Origin: Synergistaceae bacterium
Lineage (GTDB): Bacteria; Synergistota; Synergistia; Synergistales; Synergistaceae
Assembly: GCA_031274465.1 (NCBI GenBank)
Contig: JAISQC010000109.1
Location: 1 to 39,784 of the forward strand
Length of the DNA: 39,784 bases
Direction of reading: 5' to 3'
Below the pieces are notes generated by a model. The model saw only the letters and a list, made by a program, of their open reading frames with translations. It was not told the DNA's origin and searched no databases. Made by a program: the position numbers and the translations under genes. Of the stretch, positions 7,626 to 15,960 are shown one piece after another. Within the stretch, counting starts at the first letter, position 1. Each line of letters opens with the position of its first letter.

Positions 7626-8857
7626 CGCATCACTTCCTTCGCAAATTTTTCCACATGGCCCGCCAGCAGGGCCGCAGCTCCGCGCTCATGGGTCAGCTCC
7701 CAAAAGGCGCGCGACATCTCTTTCAGCTTCTCGGGGGATTCGAGCAATCCTATCGCCATCCTCGCCACCACCTTGGGCTCGAAAAAACCGCGTATCTCCG
7801 GCGCGATCATTCGGCGCGCGATTTTGTTGGGCAGGGAGACAAAGCTCGTTCGTTCGTTCTTTCTTACGATCAAAGCTTTTTTTATGGCCCTCACCCCTGG
7901 CAGCCACAACGGGATATTGCCAGCCAGCCCGTCTAAGGGAAACTCGTCGGCCCTGTCGAGCGGCAGCGCCATTATATACGGCAGATAGAGGGCGGCGGCC
8001 TGCAAGTTGTTCGTCCCCGGAACGGCTATGGCGAGCTTCGAGCAGTTGAGGGCCTCAAGCGTCCTGTCCCGCACTACAGTGGCGCGCCTGCCGCCGCCGA
8101 TGTCTATCTCCCTCACCCTGGCCTCCCCGAACCACGCGATGCCGGCTATGGCGAGCGCGGTTTGGAGCAAATCCTCGCGCACGGTGGGCGCCAGGGGGAA
8201 CAGCACCCGCAAGTTCGGAATTTTTTCAGCCACCATGCCCGCCACTGCCGCAAAGAGGCGAATCCCCTCGGTGTATTCGATCGGCCTGCTTCCCGTAAGG
8301 CAGCTCAACACCGGCGCGTCACTTGGCAGTCCCAGAAACTCTCTGGTTTCCTCTTCGGTCTCGATTAAATGCACGCTGTCAAGCGCGATATTGCCGATCC
8401 GATGGAATTTCTCCGGCTTGACCCCCGCTTTCTTGAATCTCTCCGCTGCGGCGTCGTCCGGCGCGAAATACCTGTCCACGAAAAATTTCCAGCGGGGGCG
8501 GGGCGAGTAAGCCCACAGCGGGGCGCCGATCTTCTTCGACAGGCAGACGGAAAAAAACATGTCGCCCCCGAGATGCAGCAAAAGGCGTTTTTTTACGTCA
8601 AATTTTTTTTCTTCCGGGTCGGACAGGAGCTTCGACAGGGATTTCAGACCCACGCAACGATCCGCGCCGGATCGCGCGCCCAAGGACAGCTCCTCTCCGC
8701 TCGCGTACTGGCATGGAAGTATCACCAGCGTGATCCTGCACTGCCAGAGCTTCGCCCGTATTTCGCGAAGCACTGGGACAACCCATCCGGAAATCTCCCC
8801 CGGTGAATTCGCTGTCACGTACATGTCGAGCGATATCTCTTTTGCGCGTTCGGCCAT
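7622..8857 (-). CDS. Lipid-A-disaccharide synthase (LpxB)-like glycosyltransferase, GT19-related
   Basis: N-terminus YVTANSPGEISGWVVPV resembles the LpxB AGExSGD motif. C-terminal CSKLAIAVPGTNNLQAAALYLPYIMALPL resembles the LpxB SGTATLE region. It is 411 aa. I cannot assign it to true LpxB versus the LpxB-related family by eye. Confidence 0.55.
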   Translation of the reverse strand: MAERAKEISLDMYVTANSPGEISGWVVPVLREIRAKLWQCRITLVILPCQYASGEELSLGARSGADRCVGLKSLSKLLSDPEEKKFDVKKRLLLHLGGDMFFSVCLSKKIGAPLWAYSPRPRWKFFVDRYFAPDDAAAERFKKAGVKPEKFHRIGNIALDSVHLIETEEETREFLGLPSDAPVLSCLTGSRPIEYTEGIRLFAAVAGMVAEKIPNLRVLFPLAPTVREDLLQTALAIAGIAWFGEARVREIDIGGGRRATVVRDRTLEALNCSKLAIAVPGTNNLQAAALYLPYIMALPLDRADEFPLDGLAGNIPLWLPGVRAIKKALIVRKNERTSFVSLPNKIARRMIAPEIRGFFEPKVVARMAIGLLESPEKLKEMSRAFWELTHERGAAALLAGHVEKFAKEVMR

Positions 8858-8872
8858 CGCCCTCTTGCCCGC

Positions 8873-9508
8873 CTAAACGGCGGCCGGCCAAAATGGGTTG
8901 AGCCTGCGCTCGTCTCCGAGCGTCGTCGCGGGCCCGTGCCCCGGGTATACCTTCAGCGCGTCGGAATATGCGTCAAGCTTCTTCAGCGACTCGATCAGCT
9001 CGCCTTCGTCGCCGCCGGGAAGGTCGGTGCGGCCCACGCTGCGGGCGAAAAGAGTGTCCCCGGAGAGCAGCAGCTCTTCGTCGCCTTCCGTGATGTAAAA
9101 GCAGCACCCCCCTTTCGTGTGCCCCGGCGTGTGCATCACCCGTATGCTCATGTCCCCGGCATAGATCACTTCGCCGTCGCCTATCCTGAAATCTGCCGGT
9201 TTGAACACGGCGCCCGCGCCCATGGCCGACGACAGGTTTTTGGACGCGCTCGTCAGGCAGTCCGCGTCTTGCGAATGTATCGATACCCCATCGGAAGCCA
9301 TGTCCCTTACGTCCCCCAGCCCCATGATGTGGTCGCCGTGCCCGTGGGTGAGGAGTATTTTTCGAACGCGCAGCCCGTTATGCGCCACGAATTCCCTCAC
9401 TTCGGCTGCCGGCCCCCCTGGGTCGACTATTATCGCGTCGCCGTCTCCGCTCCAGACGACATAGCAGTTCGTCCACAACGCTCCCAGCTGAAAGCACTTT
9501 ATCCGCAT
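8873..9508 (-). CDS. MBL-fold metallo-hydrolase (glyoxalase II-like)
   Basis: THGHGDHIMG (HxHxDH) motif, followed by HTPGHTKG and the downstream TLFARSVGRTD and GHG motifs. An ATG at 9508 (MRIKCFQLG) is preferred over the TTG at 9514. Confidence 0.85.
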   Translation of the reverse strand: MRIKCFQLGALWTNCYVVWSGDGDAIIVDPGGPAAEVREFVAHNGLRVRKILLTHGHGDHIMGLGDVRDMASDGVSIHSQDADCLTSASKNLSSAMGAGAVFKPADFRIGDGEVIYAGDMSIRVMHTPGHTKGGCCFYITEGDEELLLSGDTLFARSVGRTDLPGGDEGELIESLKKLDAYSDALKVYPGHGPATTLGDERRLNPFWPAAV

Positions 9509-9978
9509 CCCCAACCCCCCTGATCTTGCCCCGGCATGTCCGCCGAATCCAAAACAATAGTCACCGGGCCGTCATTCGCTATGCCGACTTTCATAGCGGC
9601 GCCGAACACGCCCATTTGCGTCCTTATGCCCATGCTGCCGATTTTTTGCGCGAACGACTCGTAAAGCGCGTTTGCCTCCTCAGGCGGCGCAGCCCCTGCG
9701 TACGACGGCCTGTTTCCTTTCTTGCAGTCGGCGCAGAGCGTGAACTGAGACACGATGAGCGCCTCTCCGCCGATGTCGAGCAGCGACCGGTTCATTTTCC
9801 CCCCGCCGTCGTCGAATATCCTGAGCATGGCAGTTTTTTTTGCGGCCCACGAGCATTCGCGCTCTGTGTCTTTGCGCGCTATTCCGACGAACACGCACAA
9901 TCCGCGCCCTATGCTGCCTACGACCTTCCCTTCGGCTTCGACGCTCGCCGACGTCACCCTCTGCGCCACGATCCTCAA
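9499..9978 (-). CDS. dtd: D-aminoacyl-tRNA deacylase
   Basis: (M)RIVAQRVTSASVEAEGKVVGSIGRGLCVFVGI...SQFTLCAD...NDGPVTIVLDS is a typical Dtd. It has a TTG start and lies downstream of relA, as in Firmicutes. Confidence 0.9.
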   Translation of the reverse strand: MRIVAQRVTSASVEAEGKVVGSIGRGLCVFVGIARKDTERECSWAAKKTAMLRIFDDGGGKMNRSLLDIGGEALIVSQFTLCADCKKGNRPSYAGAAPPEEANALYESFAQKIGSMGIRTQMGVFGAAMKVGIANDGPVTIVLDSADMPGQDQGGWGCG

Positions 9979-9988
9979 GCCCGCACCA

Positions 9989-12295
9989 CTATCCCCTTGT
10001 TATTTCGATGATTCCCTTTATGATGTTGATCCTGGCAATTATACGATATAAATGTTCCAAATCCCACACCTGAAGCTCTATCACGAAGCGCGTGCGAATC
10101 CCGTTTATCACGTTTCCCCGGATGTTCACTATCAGCCCGTCGGTCTGGTTTATGCCGGCGCCGAGATCCGCGAACACCCCGATCCTGTCGTTCGCCTCCA
10201 CCTTTATCCGGGCCGTGTAGCGGACCTCTTTTTTGCTGCCCCACGTCACCGGGACTTTTCTGTCGTCGCTGATTTTCTCCAAATTCGCGCAGTCATGGCG
10301 GTGTATGGTTATCCCCCTGCTCTGCGTCACGCATCCGACGATCTTGTCGCCGGGCACCGGGCAGCAGCAGAGGGAGAGTGTGACCAAAACGCCGTCGGCG
10401 CCCTCCACCACGACCGCCGAATCGGCGCCCCCGGCCGGCTTAACGGGCTGCTTGAACGCTTGAGGCGCCTCGCTGTCCTTCGCTATGAGCGCCTCCGCGC
10501 GGGCCATTATGCCCTGGGCGGAATGATGCGCGTTGCCGATGGAGGCGAGCAGGTCCTCGACGCCAGTGACCCCCAGATCGCTCGCGACGCGGCTCAAGAC
10601 GTGCGTGAAGCTGTCGATGGCGCGCCCCTCTCCGGGATACCTGCGCTGTATCTCGCGATAGAGCAGCTCCTCGCCGCGCTCGATCTTGTCCTCCCTCTCG
10701 GCCCTGTCTATCTGCCTGAAGTACGATCTTATCTTGTTTCGGGTCCTGTTCGCCTTGGCTATCTTGAGCCAGTCGCGGGACGGCTTGCCTTGCGGGGAGG
10801 TCAGTATCCGGACTATGTCTCCGTTTTGGAGTGAATAATCCATAGGCACGATCCTGCCGTTCACCATCGCGCCCACGCACTTGTTGCCGACCTCGGTGTG
10901 AACCGCGTAGGCGAAGTCTATGGGGGTCGAGCCGTTCGGCACCGAGATGACCTTGCCGTGCGGGGTGAAGACGAAAACCTCGGCCGTCAGTACGTCGGTC
11001 TTGAGGTTGTCGAGAAATTCAGACGGCTCGGACGCGTCTCCCTGGCCTTCCAGCGCCTGGCGCACCCAGGCGAGCTTTTTGTCCATGTCGCTCATGGCGC
11101 CGGCCTTGCCTTTTTTCTCCTTGTATTGCCAGTGCGCCGCGATCCCGTATTCGGCGAGCCGGTGCATGTCGCGCGTCCGTATCTGCACCTCCAGCGGGTC
11201 GCCGTCTGGGCCGACCACCGTCGAGTGAAGCGACTGGTACATGTTCCCCTTCGGGTTGGCTATGTAGTCGTCAAACTGGCCGGGTATCGGCTTCCACAAG
11301 GTGTGGACGATGCCCAGCACTTGGTAGCACTCAGCCAGTGTGCCCACTATCACGCGAAGCGCGAGGAGGTCGTATATCTGGTCGAGCGATAGATTCTTGC
11401 GATTCATTTTTTCATAGATGCTGTAATAATGTTTCGGCCTGCCCAGTATCTCCGACGGGACGCCTTCGTCAGCGAGGCGGGCCCTGAGTATTTCCATGCC
11501 TTTTTTTATGACAAGCTCGCTCTCGGGCAGTTTCTTGCGGACTCTGCGCCTGATGTCGTAGTACATTTCGGGGTCGATGATCTTGAAGGACAAGTCCTCC
11601 AGCTCGCGCTTTATGTGGTAGATGCCGAGCCGGTGGGCCAACGGTGCGTAGATTTCGAGAGTCTCCGTCGCTATCGCGATCTGTTTTTCGCGCTTGTGGC
11701 CGGTTATGGTGAGCATGTTGTGAAGGCGGTCGGCCAGCTTTATCAGGACTACGCGTATGTCCTTCGCCATGACGAGGAACATCTTGCGCAGATTTTCCGC
11801 CTGATACTCTTCCACGTTCTTGAACGGTATCCTCCCCAGCTTCGTGACGCCGTCAACGAGGGTGAGGACGTCGCTTCCGAACATGGCGCCCAAGGTCTCG
11901 GGCGTGATGTCCGTGTCCTCTATCACGTCGTGCAGCAGGGCCGCTATGAGGGTCTGGACGTCGAGCTGCATGTCGGAGAGCGCGCTTGCCGCGCCCAGCG
12001 TGTGCACTATGAACGGGTCGTCGTTGTGGCGCAGCTGGGCGCCGTGGCTCTCGGCCGCGTAGACGAAGGCGTCCCCCATCTGCATGATGTCGTCTTTCTG
12101 GAGGTAGCGGGACGCCCTCCACCAGAGTTCCTGCCACGCCCTCCTGACGCTCGCCACGCGCTGTTCGGCCGGTATCCTGCCGATGTAGCTCTCCATCAGG
12201 GCGCGCATCGAACGGTCGACGCCCGGCGAGGCCGGGATCACCGCCGCCTGGGTTTTTTCTTTTTTCCTCTCGGCCGCGTCGTCTTCGCCCGTCAT
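9989..12295 (-). CDS. relA: Bifunctional (p)ppGpp synthetase/hydrolase (RelA/SpoT homologue)
   Basis: HD hydrolase motif (HDVIEDT), RelA_SpoT synthetase region (YQSLHSTV), TGS region (VFVFTPHGKVISVPNGSTPIDFAYAVH) and a C-terminal ACT-like domain. 768 aa. Confidence 0.95.
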   Translation of the reverse strand: MTGEDDAAERKKEKTQAAVIPASPGVDRSMRALMESYIGRIPAEQRVASVRRAWQELWWRASRYLQKDDIMQMGDAFVYAAESHGAQLRHNDDPFIVHTLGAASALSDMQLDVQTLIAALLHDVIEDTDITPETLGAMFGSDVLTLVDGVTKLGRIPFKNVEEYQAENLRKMFLVMAKDIRVVLIKLADRLHNMLTITGHKREKQIAIATETLEIYAPLAHRLGIYHIKRELEDLSFKIIDPEMYYDIRRRVRKKLPESELVIKKGMEILRARLADEGVPSEILGRPKHYYSIYEKMNRKNLSLDQIYDLLALRVIVGTLAECYQVLGIVHTLWKPIPGQFDDYIANPKGNMYQSLHSTVVGPDGDPLEVQIRTRDMHRLAEYGIAAHWQYKEKKGKAGAMSDMDKKLAWVRQALEGQGDASEPSEFLDNLKTDVLTAEVFVFTPHGKVISVPNGSTPIDFAYAVHTEVGNKCVGAMVNGRIVPMDYSLQNGDIVRILTSPQGKPSRDWLKIAKANRTRNKIRSYFRQIDRAEREDKIERGEELLYREIQRRYPGEGRAIDSFTHVLSRVASDLGVTGVEDLLASIGNAHHSAQGIMARAEALIAKDSEAPQAFKQPVKPAGGADSAVVVEGADGVLVTLSLCCCPVPGDKIVGCVTQSRGITIHRHDCANLEKISDDRKVPVTWGSKKEVRYTARIKVEANDRIGVFADLGAGINQTDGLIVNIRGNVINGIRTRFVIELQVWDLEHLYRIIARINIIKGIIEITRG

Positions 12296-12296
12296 C

Positions 12297-13976
12297 TCAA
12301 GCCACGCTGACCACTATTTTTTCGAGCACCAGCTGGAGGCTCTCCAGGTTTCTCCAGAAGTTGACCCGAGGTTTGTATATCCACCCCGACGGGGAGCACC
12401 CGTCGGAGAGCAGATGCTCGCCTGTGAACCCCAGAAGCTCTCCACCGTCGACGAATATCTTGACGTGGTTTCCCTTCCTTCCCAGTGGCTCGGCGCATAT
12501 ATCCCCGCTGTGCGAGCAGAAGAGTTTCGGATACGGGTTGTCCACCCCGAATGGGCCGAGGCGCTCCGCGTCCTTCCACGACCCGAGGTCCAGCTCGGAC
12601 GGCGACCATCGCAAAATGTCCTCTTTTTCGACAACGCGCTCCGCCTTCGAGAGGATGCACTCGAGCTTGTCGCGCACGTCCTGCCACCTTTCAGCGTTGA
12701 CGCTGAATCCGGCCGCCATGCGATGCCCTCCCCAGCTGGCCAGGTCGTCGGAGATGGACGACAGAATGGCCTCCGCGTCCACCCCCGGCGGCACCCTGAG
12801 CGTGCCTCTTATAAGCGGGGGCTGCGCTGGGGCGGCTAGCACGATCGGAGCGTCGTGGGCGCAGCACACCTGGCTCGCGACGCTGCTCAAAACCCCCGCC
12901 GGCCAGTCATCCCCGTACATGACGTGTTTGTAGTCGGAGGTAAGGGCGGACTTCTCTACATCGCTTATTATCTTTGCTGACAAGTCCCTCCTGCGCCTGT
13001 TCAGATCTATGAGATGCCTCACGTCGTCCTCGATCTCGCTTTTTGGGAAAAATATCTTCATGGACCGGTCCGCTATCTCCAGGCGGCCTGCGGCGTTGAG
13101 GCAGGGGATCAGCCTCATCGAAAGCGCGTCGGTGTCAAGAGACTGATTTTCCAGCTCAATCCCGCGCATGAGGGCTTGAAAGCCCGGGCGCGGGCGGGTC
13201 CTCATGACGTCGAGGCCCTCACGCACTATCGCCCTGTTCACTGGGCTGGACATGGGGACGCAGTCGGCGACGGTCGCCAGGGCGGGGAGGTCTATGCTGG
13301 CCTTCAGCCACTGCTGCGGCGCGAGTTCGTTCTTCCACGCCCAGCTCCAGACGACCCCTGCCGCGCAGAGCTTTCTGGCGAGGTCATTCCCATCGACGTG
13401 CGGGTTTATCAGGGCGTCGCATCCGGCAAGCTCGCCGCGCGCCAGATGGTGGTCGAAAATGATCAGGGGGATGCCGTATTTCTTCGCGGTCTGCGCAGCC
13501 TCGATGTTCTGCGTGCCGCAGTCGACTACGACGATGAGGTCGCACCTGCACCCAGATTCGGCTATCGTCTTCACGACGCCGTGGTGAAAGCCGTAGCCCT
13601 GGTTGTATCTGTGCGGGATGTAGTATCTGACTCGGGCCTTCCTTAGCATAGCGAGTTCCAGCATGAAAGTCGTGGCGGCGATTCCATCGACGTCATAGTC
13701 GCCGTATACGACTATGCTGCTCGCCTCGGATACGGTGGACCATATACGGGCCGCCGCCGCGGAATCCGCCCCGAGGTCCACTTTTTCCATCCAGCGCCCC
13801 AATTCCGGCCTCATCCAGTGCTTTGCGCCAACGGACGCCATATCGTCGGCCCCTACCCCGCGCATGGCAAGAAGGGACGCGGTAAAAAGGGAGCAGTTAA
13901 ATTCCCTCGCTACGGCCTTTGTCGAATCGTCGGGCGCCCACACCCGCAATTTTTCCTCAGGACACGACGGAATCAA
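12297..13976 (-). CDS. recJ: Single-stranded-DNA-specific exonuclease RecJ
   Basis: DHH motifs: VVYGDYDVDGIAAT, IVVVDCGT and IIFDHH. DHHA1-like GGHRMAAG. A TTG start at 13976 forms a TTGA overlap with the upstream stop. Confidence 0.9.
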   Translation of the reverse strand: MIPSCPEEKLRVWAPDDSTKAVAREFNCSLFTASLLAMRGVGADDMASVGAKHWMRPELGRWMEKVDLGADSAAAARIWSTVSEASSIVVYGDYDVDGIAATTFMLELAMLRKARVRYYIPHRYNQGYGFHHGVVKTIAESGCRCDLIVVVDCGTQNIEAAQTAKKYGIPLIIFDHHLARGELAGCDALINPHVDGNDLARKLCAAGVVWSWAWKNELAPQQWLKASIDLPALATVADCVPMSSPVNRAIVREGLDVMRTRPRPGFQALMRGIELENQSLDTDALSMRLIPCLNAAGRLEIADRSMKIFFPKSEIEDDVRHLIDLNRRRRDLSAKIISDVEKSALTSDYKHVMYGDDWPAGVLSSVASQVCCAHDAPIVLAAPAQPPLIRGTLRVPPGVDAEAILSSISDDLASWGGHRMAAGFSVNAERWQDVRDKLECILSKAERVVEKEDILRWSPSELDLGSWKDAERLGPFGVDNPYPKLFCSHSGDICAEPLGRKGNHVKIFVDGGELLGFTGEHLLSDGCSPSGWIYKPRVNFWRNLESLQLVLEKIVVSVA

Positions 13977-14629
13977 CCCGGAAATGTCTCCTTTTCGCTG
14001 CTCTCTCCCCCGTCAGCCTCTGAGGGCATTTCGCAGGCCGCGCTCCCGTCGTCCGCCGCGTCGTCGATTTCGCATGACGAAGGCGAGGGCGTCGGCGCGC
14101 TTTTGCCCATTCCGGCAGCCTCCGGCTTGGGTTTGCGCGAAAACAGCGATCCGAAGGAAGGAAGCCTGAAAAACGGCTTTTTCAAAGCCTCGGGCTTATC
14201 CTCGGCCTGTTGCTGAATGAGGGGCGCCGATGGCTCGGCCTGCTGCGACAAAACCTCGGAGCGCTTCGCCGGAAGCGCTCCGCTTTCGCTGGCGCACACA
14301 GAATCGGGCGCTTCGCATTGCCCTTCGGTTTTTCCACTGAGCTGCTGAAGCGCGGCAAATATGGTTTTTTTCTCGCTCTCCAGATCTTCTATCCTCTTTG
14401 ACAGCTCTTTCGTCTTTTTCTTATTTGCGGAATATAGCTCTATCGAGGCAAACACCGAGAAAAACCACATGATCACGGCGCTGGCGGAGAAGAGCACCCC
14501 CTCCCACAGCCCCTGAGGGAAGCTCTTCTGAAAAACGAAAAACCGCACTGTGATTTCGGCGTCGTTTTGAACGGCGTAAGCCATTGACATCACCATCACA
14601 ACAATAATGCCCAAAAGATAGCTTTTCAT
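13973..14629 (-). CDS. LapA-domain (DUF1049-like) membrane protein with coiled-coil segment and long acidic, disordered tail
   Basis: Two TM segments flank the motif AVQNDAEITVRFFVFQKSFPQGLW. These are followed by KELSKRIEDLESEKK and a Ser/Pro/Asp/Glu-rich C-terminus. A good SD (AGGAAGTGGGGA) precedes the ATG at 14629. Confidence 0.55.
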   Translation of the reverse strand: MKSYLLGIIVVMVMSMAYAVQNDAEITVRFFVFQKSFPQGLWEGVLFSASAVIMWFFSVFASIELYSANKKKTKELSKRIEDLESEKKTIFAALQQLSGKTEGQCEAPDSVCASESGALPAKRSEVLSQQAEPSAPLIQQQAEDKPEALKKPFFRLPSFGSLFSRKPKPEAAGMGKSAPTPSPSSCEIDDAADDGSAACEMPSEADGGESSEKETFPG

Positions 14630-14662
14630 TCATCCCCACTTCCTTTCATTCATGCTTTCGCG

Positions 14663-14671
14663 ATTATAGCA
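14663..14671 (-). promoter_or_regulatory. Putative extended -10 promoter element for the lapA-domain/recJ/relA/dtd string
   Basis: The minus strand reads TGCTATAAT (TGn plus TATAAT) about 34 nt upstream of the ATG at 14629. No good -35 element is present. Confidence 0.4.
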
Positions 14672-14793
14672 CAAAGTGCGCGCGCCGCCGCAAAATGCGC
14701 GATATCGCGCGAATGGCCGAAAATTTTTCGGATTGGGCGCGCCGGGCATCGAAAAAGCTGTCGCATGGGTATATAATTCGTTCATGTTAATAG

Positions 14794-14809
14794 TGTAATT
14801 TTTATTACA
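14794..14809. promoter_or_regulatory. Perfect inverted repeat TGTAATTTTTATTACA; candidate operator upstream of fbaB
   Basis: 6-4-6 perfect palindrome located between a TATAAT box (14772..14777) and the fbaB SD/ATG (14836). Confidence 0.4.
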
Positions 14810-14835
14810 TAAAATTCAAGCAGGGAGGATCATTT

Positions 14836-15882
14836 ATGTCAAAAGTAACTGATATATTAGGAGACAAAGCGGAAAGCCTTTTCAACCACAAGTGCGCCAT
14901 AGACAAGGGCACGCTGACGCTGCCCGGGGCAGACTATCTGGACCGCGCGTGGCTGCAGAGCGACAGGTCGAACAGGGTGCTGGGCTCGCTGCATTCCCTC
15001 TACAACACCGGCAATCTGGCTGGGACCGGGTATATCTCCATACTCCCGGTGGACCAGGGAATCGAGCACTCAGCCGGGGCGAGCTTCTCGCCCAACCCCA
15101 TGTACTTCGACCCGGAGAATATAGTCAAACTGGCGATAGAGGCGGGGTGCAGCGCGGTCGCAAGCACGCTCGGAGTGTTGGGCATGACGGCCCGCAAATA
15201 CGCGCACAAAATCCCCTACGTCGTCAAGATCAACCACAACGAGCTGCTGACCTATCCCAACACGCACGACCAGATACTCTTCGCGTCGGTCGAGCAGGCT
15301 TGGGACATGGGCGCCGCCGCAGTCGGGGCCACGATATACTTCGGAAGCGACGAATCAGGCCGCCAGATTCAGGAGGTGGCGCGCGCTTTCGAGCGAGCCC
15401 ACGAGCTGGGGCTTGCCACCATCCTCTGGTGCTATCTGAGAAACAACGCGTTCTCGACGCAAGGAGCGGACTATCACCTCGCGGCGGACCTCACGGGGCA
15501 GGCTAACCACATCGGGGTCACCATAGAAGCGGACATAATCAAGCAAAAGCTTCCCGAGAACAACGGGGGCTTCACGGCCCTGAAATTCGGGAAATCCGCG
15601 CCGCAGATGTACGGCGCCCTGTGCACGGACCATCCTATCGACCTGACGCGCTATCAGCTGCTGAACTGCTACTCCGGCAGGATAGGGCTCATCAACTCCG
15701 GCGGCGCGTCCGGCAAGGACGACCTGGCCGAGGCCGTCTACACGGCGGTTGTGAACAAGCGCGCCGGGGGGAGCGGCCTCATTTTGGGGCGCAAGGCTTT
15801 CCAGAAGCCGTTCAATGACGGCGTCGAGCTGATAAAAGCCGTGCAGTCGGTCTATCTGGACAAAGAGGTCACGATAGCCTGA
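14836..15882 (+). CDS. fbaB: Class I fructose-bisphosphate aldolase (FbaB/DhnA type)
   Basis: Near full-length resemblance to E. coli FbaB as I recall it: [55 protein letters not shown] and LDKEVTIA at the C-terminus. SD is AGGGAGGA. Confidence 0.95.
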   Translation: MSKVTDILGDKAESLFNHKCAIDKGTLTLPGADYLDRAWLQSDRSNRVLGSLHSLYNTGNLAGTGYISILPVDQGIEHSAGASFSPNPMYFDPENIVKLAIEAGCSAVASTLGVLGMTARKYAHKIPYVVKINHNELLTYPNTHDQILFASVEQAWDMGAAAVGATIYFGSDESGRQIQEVARAFERAHELGLATILWCYLRNNAFSTQGADYHLAADLTGQANHIGVTIEADIIKQKLPENNGGFTALKFGKSAPQMYGALCTDHPIDLTRYQLLNCYSGRIGLINSGGASGKDDLAEAVYTAVVNKRAGGSGLILGRKAFQKPFNDGVELIKAVQSVYLDKEVTIA

Positions 15883-15905
15883 CAGAGGATCGATAATAAA
15901 GGGCA

Positions 15906-15941
15906 AAGCCCGCCCCCGGAAGATGGGGCGGGCTTTTTTTT
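15906..15941. terminator. Intrinsic terminator shared by convergent fbaB and the coiled-coil gene
   Basis: Hairpin aagcccgcccc-cggaagat-ggggcgggctt followed by a T-run (15934..15941) on the plus strand. The reverse strand has a weaker T-rich tail. Confidence 0.8.
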
Positions 15942-15960
15942 GGCGCTTGGGGCGCTGGCG

